A DNA stretch of 64,000 bases from Schizochytrium sp. TIO01 (Eukaryota; Protista; Bigyra: Labyrinthulomycetes), in the NCBI GenBank assembly GCA_004764695.1, contig SMSO01000005.1:992001-1056000 (forward strand), in the 5' to 3' direction. The notes below the pieces were generated by a model. It saw only the letters and a list, made by a program, of their open reading frames with translations, ran no database searches and was not told the DNA's origin. The position numbers and the translations under genes are program-made. Each line of letters starts with the position of its first letter. The stretch's first letter is position 1. This document shows positions 55,757-64,000 of this stretch, piece after piece.

Positions 55757-58675
55757 ATGGGCTGCAGCTCAAGCTCTCAAAGGAGCGGTGTCTACGATCA
55801 TGCCATTCAAATGGACATGGACGAAGATCTCACGCTCCGCCAAGCACCTAACCGGAGTAGCGACGCCAGCGCCGCTTCATCGGCCTTAGACGGCACCGGA
55901 GGGGAGCTTGTACTTTCCAGTTCCAGTAGGCATGGCGAAGGTACTGGAATCAGTACGTCATACAGTGGCACACAACAAACACAGTCGGTTCGTGTGGTTC
56001 TTGATGACGCAGACCCAGGGCTAGATTTTGACTCAGATGAAATGCGAGAGGATGATGAAGACCTAGACTCGCCACCAAACCCAGTTGAAAACCACCAGCT
56101 TGTATCTCGCCATCATGGCCTTAAAAAGACCCGCAAGGCTGTCTTCCAACGAGGCTTTACAAAAGATAGATCGGGACCATCCAGGTCAAAGACGCCTAAA
56201 ACAGACGAACAAATTGCAACTATTAATCGCGCTCTCTCAAGGTGCTACCTCTTCAGTTACCTCGATGAAAAAGACAGGGACGAACTTATCGCATACATGT
56301 GGAAAGAAAAGGTGAAGGTGGGATCAACAATCGTCTCGGCTGGCAAAAAAAATGATAACTACTATGTCATTGAGGAGGGAACCTTTGAATTCTTGGGAAC
56401 CTCAGGGTCATCATCTTCTTCTAGTTCAACTGCTCCATCTACATCACCATCATCGTCTTCTTCGTCATTAACAGCCTGTGCGCTACGATCGGGTTCTGGG
56501 GAGGAGCCCTTCTTTGGTGAGAACGCTCTGCTCTTCCAGAACCGCGCACCAGAGTCAATTCGCTGTACCTCAACTTTTAATGAAGATGGATCTGGTGGGT
56601 CATCATCAAAGCATGCACGTCTTTGGACAATCGATCGGGCGACATTCAGGCAAGTCATTACCGAGCAACAACTCGCCAACCAGGAGGAGTTCCGTTCAGC
56701 ACTTGATAGTATTCCCTTACTCACAGAATACCTTACTCCAGAACAACGTGACCTCATTGTCGGTTCCATGCAAGTCCTCAATGTTCGTGCTGGCCAACGT
56801 ATTGTTCGGAAAGGCGATTACGGTGATGTCTGTTATTTTATTCGCTCAGGAACTGTTGAGTGTGCTAACATTGGTGGCCAAGGTTTGGGTAAAATTGAAC
56901 TTGGGCCTGGGCAGCACTTTGGAGAGCGTGCTCTTATTACAGATGAACCCCGTGCTGCAGATGTGACGACCTTGACCGATACTGTGCTTCTTGTAGTTGA
57001 CCGCCGTGCATTCAATGAACACCTTGGTCCCTTGCGATCAATCATGGACGAGACGATGAAGGGCCGTGTAGTAGAAGCTGTACCAGTTCTACAACAACTT
57101 CCCAAAGGTTTGCGGTCACGCATCATTTCCAAATTTGAAATATTGCAATTTGCTGACCAAGAAGTTATTGTCCATGAAGGCGATATTGGTGATCGCTTCT
57201 ATGTAGTTCGTTCTGGTACTGTCGAGGTGCTTTCGGCGGAACTTCAGGCCGCTGGATGCGGCGTTGACAGTCCCAGTGGATCAATGGTATCAGATGGCTC
57301 AAGCATCAGTGTATCCTCCCTCGGTATACACATTGCAACCCTGTACGAGGGCGACTGGTTTGGCGAGATGGCTCTTTTGAACAATGAACCTCGTTCAGCT
57401 TCTTGCGTTGCACAGGGCGATGTGGAATGCTTCGCTCTTTCATTCGAAGTATTCAAACTTATGCGCGGAAAATCTGATCTCCTCGTGTCTACATCTCAAC
57501 GCCGTTTTGAAGAGAACATGCGTAAACGGGCTAGTGTACACTCGATTGACACCTCAGGGCTTACGCTTCGGGACTTGCACCGGCGAAAAATTCTGGGTAA
57601 AGGTACATTTGGTACAGTATACCTTGCTGAAGCCTCCTCCCGCGCAACTGTGCAGGGGGTATGGGCTCTCAAAGTTATGAGCAAAGCTCACATTGTTGAC
57701 TGTGACCAAACTCGTAATGTTGCAAACGAGCGCAGTATACTTATGGAAATGAACCATCCGTTTGTGCTGAAGCTCATTACTACTTTCCAAGACCGCAACT
57801 CCTTGTACATGCTTCTCGAGTTTGTCCAAGGTGGAGAGCTCTTTAGCATTATGCAGGAACACTATCGCCTTCCGTTACCCCATGCGCAATTCTACGCGGC
57901 TTGTATTGTCGACGCGTTCCACTACATGCATGACCAGCATGTGATCTACCGTGACCTGAAACCAGAGAACATCCTAATTGATCGCGATGGTTTCGTCAAG
58001 GTTGCTGACTTTGGTTTTGCAAAGCGCCTAATGAGCGGGAAAACCTTTACGCTTTGTGGTACGCCTGAGTATCTTGCACCCGAAATTGTCCTTGGCAAGG
58101 GTCATGACAAGGGTGTTGATTGGTGGGCCGTTGGTGTTCTCATTTACGAGATTTGCTGTGGTATTTCCCCGTTTGCAGATGAGTATTCAGACGATCAGAT
58201 CACAGTGTGTAAGAACATTGTCAATAGTAAGCCCGATTTCAATCGTCTTGAGGCTTGCATCCGAGAGACGGAAATGAATCCTCCTTCAACTTTGACCGAG
58301 GCCCAACTCGAGTACACCTTCCATGTCCCACGACGGGTTACGGAGCGTCGTGGATCATCGCATGTGGCACTTGCTGCTACACCCCACCGCCCTTCGCTCA
58401 ATGTACGTCCTGTTGAGCACCTTGTTCGTAAACTGCTTTCAAAGTCTCCAAGCCAGCGACTGGGCTGCCTGCGCGATGGTGCTCTTGATGTAATGCGCCA
58501 TCCCTTCTTTGCTCTTGACCAGCAGGGCTGGGATGATTTGCGGGCTAAGGGATGTGCTGCTCCCTTTGTTCCTACCATTTCTTCCCCTACCGATACATCA
58601 GCGTTCGACGATTTTGAGCCCGACCCACCTCGCGAAGCCTATACCGGGTCAGATACTTGGTGCGAAGACTTTTGA
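55757..58675 (+). CDS. cGMP-dependent protein kinase-like (3 cNMP-binding domains + AGC kinase, N-terminal MGC acylation motif)
   Basis: Three FGE.AL cassettes; GKGTFG, YRDLKPEN, DFGFAK, TFTLCGTPEYLAPE; AGC C-tail P.VP...DTS.FD...W..DF. Confidence 0.92.
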   Translation: MGCSSSSQRSGVYDHAIQMDMDEDLTLRQAPNRSSDASAASSALDGTGGELVLSSSSRHGEGTGISTSYSGTQQTQSVRVVLDDADPGLDFDSDEMREDDEDLDSPPNPVENHQLVSRHHGLKKTRKAVFQRGFTKDRSGPSRSKTPKTDEQIATINRALSRCYLFSYLDEKDRDELIAYMWKEKVKVGSTIVSAGKKNDNYYVIEEGTFEFLGTSGSSSSSSSTAPSTSPSSSSSSLTACALRSGSGEEPFFGENALLFQNRAPESIRCTSTFNEDGSGGSSSKHARLWTIDRATFRQVITEQQLANQEEFRSALDSIPLLTEYLTPEQRDLIVGSMQVLNVRAGQRIVRKGDYGDVCYFIRSGTVECANIGGQGLGKIELGPGQHFGERALITDEPRAADVTTLTDTVLLVVDRRAFNEHLGPLRSIMDETMKGRVVEAVPVLQQLPKGLRSRIISKFEILQFADQEVIVHEGDIGDRFYVVRSGTVEVLSAELQAAGCGVDSPSGSMVSDGSSISVSSLGIHIATLYEGDWFGEMALLNNEPRSASCVAQGDVECFALSFEVFKLMRGKSDLLVSTSQRRFEENMRKRASVHSIDTSGLTLRDLHRRKILGKGTFGTVYLAEASSRATVQGVWALKVMSKAHIVDCDQTRNVANERSILMEMNHPFVLKLITTFQDRNSLYMLLEFVQGGELFSIMQEHYRLPLPHAQFYAACIVDAFHYMHDQHVIYRDLKPENILIDRDGFVKVADFGFAKRLMSGKTFTLCGTPEYLAPEIVLGKGHDKGVDWWAVGVLIYEICCGISPFADEYSDDQITVCKNIVNSKPDFNRLEACIRETEMNPPSTLTEAQLEYTFHVPRRVTERRGSSHVALAATPHRPSLNVRPVEHLVRKLLSKSPSQRLGCLRDGALDVMRHPFFALDQQGWDDLRAKGCAAPFVPTISSPTDTSAFDDFEPDPPREAYTGSDTWCEDF

Positions 58676-60738
58676 TCACACAAGCTTCATGCTTCAAATT
58701 CATCATTTGTTCTATATATATATGAACGACATAGACAGTTTCACTATCGGAAGCCGTTTCTTCGAACATAGACTTCACCTGGATGATATTCCACTCTTTT
58801 ATTATCTGCCATTGTGAGTTCTTCATTTCAAGAAATATAATTGCGCAGTTGAGCTCGTCTTTATTCTTTTTCATCACTCCAAGGGTAGTCAAGATACTGA
58901 AATGATATCTCATGATGAGTATCTTGGTTTTCACCCTCGCACTCTGCTACGTGCTTGCTATGTACAAGTGCTTGTTTTTTCTTCCTTCCTTTCTTTTCTT
59001 TACCTTTCTTTTATCTTCAATTCTGTCTGTGCTTTCATTGAACAACTGCACAAACTGACTGTCACAACCTGGCGTGTTTTTGCCTTTGAGACCTGTTTTT
59101 AGCAAACCTGCGAGCGACACGCTAACAGCAATGCTCTTCTTTACAATACGAAGACTCTGCTGTTTGCACCAGGTCGCTGGTAGATATTCTTTCCCTCTGT
59201 CTTCTCTTTTTAGAAGGAGTAGTCTGAGATGAGATAAACCATCGTCCTCCGATGTGGACTGATTCTCCTTTTCTTTACCCCTAGCTTCCTTCTCATATTA
59301 ACCTTGTCATCTTCTCTGGCCATTGCGCATAGTGCCTTCGCATGAAAGTGCCGTCGTAATCCTGGGGCAAGCGCCTAAATGTGTAACTGTGTTTTTCATT
59401 CATTCATTATTCAATTGTTTATCTTGGTCCTTTTCCCGATTCAATTTTTGTAAGCTAATCACCTCACCTTGCAAGCACGAGAGTGAATTGATCTTCAAAA
59501 TTAAACCCGATGCATCCCTCTCGTCTACATGCTCTCTAGTACCTAATAATTTGCTCAGGACTTGCTAATTTGATTTTCGCTGGCACATGCTTTCGGTTGA
59601 TCGTCACTCAATCGAGCAATCTTTGCTGGCACTCTCTACATGCTCATGATCTACACAAGAGGTACTTTCAGAAAACGGATAAGCACTTCGTTTAATCTTG
59701 AGCGTCTCTTTCTTTGCCTGGTCCTATCATCGTTTTAAAAGTTTCTTTATCTTCTCAGGTTAACTGATCCTTCCCTAAGATATCTATAAGGATTTTTCCC
59801 TTGTCGATGGTGACTTCTTCTTTGCCGCTACCCCCTAAAATCTCATGCTCTCCCTCTGCCCTCGGCCCTTCCGTCGCCTACCCCCTTCACTCTAACTCCA
59901 CTAACAAATATTTATAAAGTATCATTTATAAAATATTTCCCACAGTCGCAAATTGCTTCCTCCCATGCTTCTCTTCGCCTCTCAATAAATTGAAAATATT
60001 CTAGTGCAATAGATCAATTTAGGATACAACACACTGCTTCACAATACACTATACGTAACTTATGTGCTTTTGTGAGGGAGTTCACTAGAGGTCGATGCCG
60101 CTCGTGGCGGAGGCCAATAAGGCGTCAAATGCAGAAACCACGAGAGGAAAGGGAAAAGGACCGCCGAGGAGAGACCTTGCGCAGTACCGCCAGAACTCCG
60201 CCGCGCACGCTTCGCCTGCACGCGCTTAGGAGCTAGGTGTGTGTGTCTTAGGGAACCACGTCGCCGCTCAGGCGTGGCTCTGTCCCTGCTGGCGGCATCG
60301 CGGCTTTCATTTCGTTTGTTGGCTCGGTTGCTTAGTTTTTCTCTCCTTCTTTGCCAATTTTCAAGTGTCTTTTGTTTTTCTGTTGCTAATACTTACTTTA
60401 CATAACTTCGTTCAAGGCCGTGGATGGCGACGAGAGCGGAGGTAGGGGCGCGTGGACTTAGATTGATTTGGATCTTCGAGTACTTCAACTGGGCTGGGGT
60501 CACAAGAGATTGCATTAAATATAATAGTCTGGTACCATTCGTGAGATTCTTGAGACAAATAGTGTTTCATCACGTTAGCAGAACAGGAGAACTCAGGGCA
60601 GCATTGCGTCGTACTATAAAATATTTCGACAAATAAGCACGTGGCTATCTACTTCATTGAGTAACATAAAGGCTTAGATAAAAGCACCCGGAGGATATTT
60701 CATAAGGTTAGGGTAGGTAATTATTCTGCTTGGTCACC

Positions 60739-62535
60739 ATGGACTTGTCTCGCGATGATATACACATGCATTTAACTCAGGAGGAACTCCAAGCTCAACA
60801 GGCTCAGCAAGCGGACGATCATCTGCATGGGCAAGGGGTTGACGACAGCTCGCACGGTGGTCAAATTAGGGTTGTTCATGACCATGATGATCACCCCTCA
60901 CACGACCCCCATCATGCAATGCATGGACATGTCCCCCTCACGCCACCCCCTATGCAAGACATGTCCAGCAACCCTGATCTTATACGAAAATTTGAGCGTA
61001 AAGAGGTCCACAAGTTTGTCTGCAATGGTAAAGAGTATATTCGTAAAAAGCGTGTGCCACTTTCGCAGGAAATTCGTGAAAAACTTGAGGAAGCCTATAA
61101 ATCAGGCCGCGTAACTCGTGGACGATCTGCTCGCCCCGCGAAGGTTCGTCTTGCGGATGAGCTCAACCTTACATTGACACAAGTCAACAAATGGTTTGAC
61201 AATCGTAGGCTGAAAGAATCTCGTCAGGAAAGCAAAATGTTGGACTACATCGATCATGCTGATGAGGAGCTGAAGTTGAAGAAACGCAAGGTAAGCAAGC
61301 AGCATGAACAAGCTCAACTTCAAGCTCAACTCCAGGCCCAGCAAGATCTTCAGCAGCAACATGACCACCACCAACAGCAGCAAGAACAGATACAACAGCA
61401 GCAGGACCACCAGGAATCGGACCAGCAGCAAGCTCAACGAGCACAGCATCATGGTATGAACCAAATGCCTGGCGAGAACTCTCATGTAGACACACAATCA
61501 ATGGCACCGCAACCTCCACAAGACGATCATCAGGGGAACTCGGATGAGTTGGAGCAAGCTTCTACTCACCCAGAGCATGTGCACCACGCCTCACACTTAG
61601 ATGCAGACGACACTCAGAGTAACCCGAATCGATCACGCAAAGAAACCGAGGCCTTTTCGTCCAAGTTACAGGAAAACAACCTTTCCGAGAACATTAACAA
61701 GGATATTGCTAGATCCTTCCGTGTTATCAAGCACTATTTAAAGGGTGATGGCTCGTTTTTTCAGCACATAAACCCAGAGCTGGACTTGATCGATGGAGAT
61801 GCAATGGGAGATCGCTCTTTTGCCTCGCGGCGTAATCGCAGAAGGACAAAGGTATCACCTACGATGTCGAATGTTTTAGAAAGTTTGCTCGGCAAGGAAT
61901 CTGTTCTTTTTCCTTGTGTGCGTGCAGTTCAGACCGCGGCAAGTCAAGGCGCTATCAAAGCACTCAAAACTTTGGTTTTGAAGAGCGAGCAGAATTTCCG
62001 TACATTTTTACTTTGGCACATTATAGGTAAATACAGTGGAGATCGAGAGGTAGAGACTATTATGAAAAGTGTCATGAATGGCTTTGGTAATTCTTTGCAA
62101 AATCTGAATGTGTCCGAAGCACTCGAACGTTGCTTTCCGGAGCTTATTGAGAGCAAGCCTCGCAGTGCCTATGACGCAGGTAATGCACTAGTCCTGTCAG
62201 GAACATCTGGAGGGCCATCTGCTCATATGCCGAGTGGTCTGCCCCATGGTGACTCTTCTCGTGTAATCTTTAGTGTCGACTCATATCCCAGTTCTACACA
62301 CTGGGCAGAAGGTTTCTTGAGCGAGGCTTTTGTTGGACAGAAAATAATCCATGAGAATATAGACGGTGAGATTACGCAGGTCTTGGGACCACTATCACGA
62401 ACATCCAAGGAACCCCGCTTCCAGGTCTACCTCGCGAGTGGAGAAAATATCACTTTATCCTGGGATAGCGTTAAACCTTACCTTGTCTCTGGCAGCCAGT
62501 GGGGTTCCGTCACATCCCATGCTCAGCATCCTTAG
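60739..62535 (+). CDS. Homeodomain transcription factor with His/Gln-rich regions
   Basis: RKKRVPLSQEIREKLEEAY...LADELNLTLTQVNKWFDNRRLK. First ATG 60739. Confidence 0.88.
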   Translation: MDLSRDDIHMHLTQEELQAQQAQQADDHLHGQGVDDSSHGGQIRVVHDHDDHPSHDPHHAMHGHVPLTPPPMQDMSSNPDLIRKFERKEVHKFVCNGKEYIRKKRVPLSQEIREKLEEAYKSGRVTRGRSARPAKVRLADELNLTLTQVNKWFDNRRLKESRQESKMLDYIDHADEELKLKKRKVSKQHEQAQLQAQLQAQQDLQQQHDHHQQQQEQIQQQQDHQESDQQQAQRAQHHGMNQMPGENSHVDTQSMAPQPPQDDHQGNSDELEQASTHPEHVHHASHLDADDTQSNPNRSRKETEAFSSKLQENNLSENINKDIARSFRVIKHYLKGDGSFFQHINPELDLIDGDAMGDRSFASRRNRRRTKVSPTMSNVLESLLGKESVLFPCVRAVQTAASQGAIKALKTLVLKSEQNFRTFLLWHIIGKYSGDREVETIMKSVMNGFGNSLQNLNVSEALERCFPELIESKPRSAYDAGNALVLSGTSGGPSAHMPSGLPHGDSSRVIFSVDSYPSSTHWAEGFLSEAFVGQKIIHENIDGEITQVLGPLSRTSKEPRFQVYLASGENITLSWDSVKPYLVSGSQWGSVTSHAQHP

Positions 62536-63683
62536 AATCGAGGTATTTAAGGTACTGATTCTACTGTTATAGTACCTTTCACTCTGATTGATTATCCTTA
62601 TCCACATCCCTTTTCTACGTGAACTCCTATAGTAACTGTGTCCTCATTCTCTGCTTTAAATCCTTGTTATAAAATTCTTTTACCTTCTTCGTCTTTCGTT
62701 TCGCATCAATCCTTTAGGTTAAGTTCTGACGTTCACGTGCGCATCACTTAACAGATATAAAGAAAACGTGCAAAAGTCAGAAAGTTGTTTTATTAATTTT
62801 TTTGTTCATTTGGAGTTTCTTGCTCTTTTTATTATTATGAAAGGCACATATGTATTCTCGAACTCTTTCATGCCAGAACAGTGCATAGCTTTTAAAAAGG
62901 TGATGGAAAATAAACTATGAATGCTCAACAATTTCTTGTAGTACTCGATGTTCACGAAAGCAATTCACATGCAACTGAGCGTTTACAATTTCCTTCATGA
63001 GTTAGTTCTCCATGCACGTTTCAAGGTCAGATTTATGCACTGCTAACTAGGCTTTATGCAGATCATAGCAAGTGCTTACTACTTCCGAATGACATTCCTG
63101 AATCGAGACCAAAACCAGCATAGCAGCACAGCTAAAGCACTCGAACCTCTGCTCGTATTTTTTTTTTGCATATTATTCGCCTCGATAGTATTATCTTTCC
63201 TTTAGGGTTGAAGTAAGACAAGGTTTTATAAGAAAACATAAAAGGGAAATACAAATGCACTTCAAAATGAGCGACGCTATTGGTAAACAGAATGCTTCAA
63301 GTCGCCAAATATTTGATTAAATCAACCCACCTCACATCCTTCTGCTTAATCGTGTTCAACCTACGCAGCAGTTGTTCTTAGTTCATTTAGCTGACCGGCC
63401 GCTGAGGTTAGCGATGCGATTGAATGCGACGAATTAACTTAGGCCTAAGACCAATACCTTGCTTGCTCTTGTTGTCTCACTTTTCTTTACTTTTAGTGCT
63501 GCTAGTACTACCACTAATGCTATTACTATTGTTCACCAATCATGACAGCAAAAAAGGATGAGAATGTCTCTTCCTACTATTATGCTTAAATAATAACATA
63601 CTATAGGCATCCTTGCTTCCAGTGCTTGTTTCAACACGAGTCGAATCGCGACAGAGTACGAAGTTGAAGAGATTGTTGCCAGA

Positions 63684-64000
63684 ATGCTTGCGGCGTCTAT
63701 GGCACCTCTTGGCAGACGCGTGCGCGACCTGGCCACAGTCCTGCGTGGCCCCACCTTTGAAAACAGTACTAGTACTGTCCAGAACAATGAGGATATGGGC
63801 ATCTGCGACGGCGAGGGCGTCCACGGCCATAACAACAACAATAACCTCAACCAGAAGAGCACTTCCACCACTGGTAGCAGCAACAACAATACCAACAGCA
63901 ACTTATATAATGTCAATGATTACAACGGCAGTGGCAACAATATCAGCAACAATCAACTCTACAATAATGGTCAAGGCGGGACCAGCGCAGAGAAGGCTGA
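63684..64000 (+). CDS. Partial Asn-rich ORF running off the window end
   Basis: Frame open from ~63596 to 64000 (MLAASMAP...NNNNNLNQK...). Absent from the track because it has no stop in the window. Confidence 0.4.
   Translation, partial: MLAASMAPLGRRVRDLATVLRGPTFENSTSTVQNNEDMGICDGEGVHGHNNNNNLNQKSTSTTGSSNNNTNSNLYNVNDYNGSGNNISNNQLYNNGQGGTSAEKA

Overview
Eukaryotic, intron-poor nuclear DNA rich in microsatellites. The style suggests a stramenopile protist such as a thraustochytrid, which is inference only. Housekeeping genes include polyprenol reductase, myotubularin, an S10 carboxypeptidase, DNA polymerase delta, a nitronate monooxygenase-like gene with one GT-AG intron, ATG5, a TesB/ACOT8 thioesterase, a PKG-type kinase and a homeodomain protein. 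The standout is an apparently intact ~2.1 kb IS607-family element at ~9712-11850 (- strand). It encodes a serine-recombinase TnpA and, overlapping it in another frame, a Fanzor2/TnpB RuvC nuclease with the rearranged catalytic Glu. A three-way-junction plus pseudoknot structure straddles the nuclease stop codon and is the predicted omegaRNA. From it a right end, a guide and an AG-ending TAM can be hypothesised. Also notable: a PTPA-TIP41 fusion of two PP2A regulators, a multi-SAP protein with Nup153-like motifs, a 144-bp convergent coding overlap, a frameshifted sulfotransferase and several duplications.
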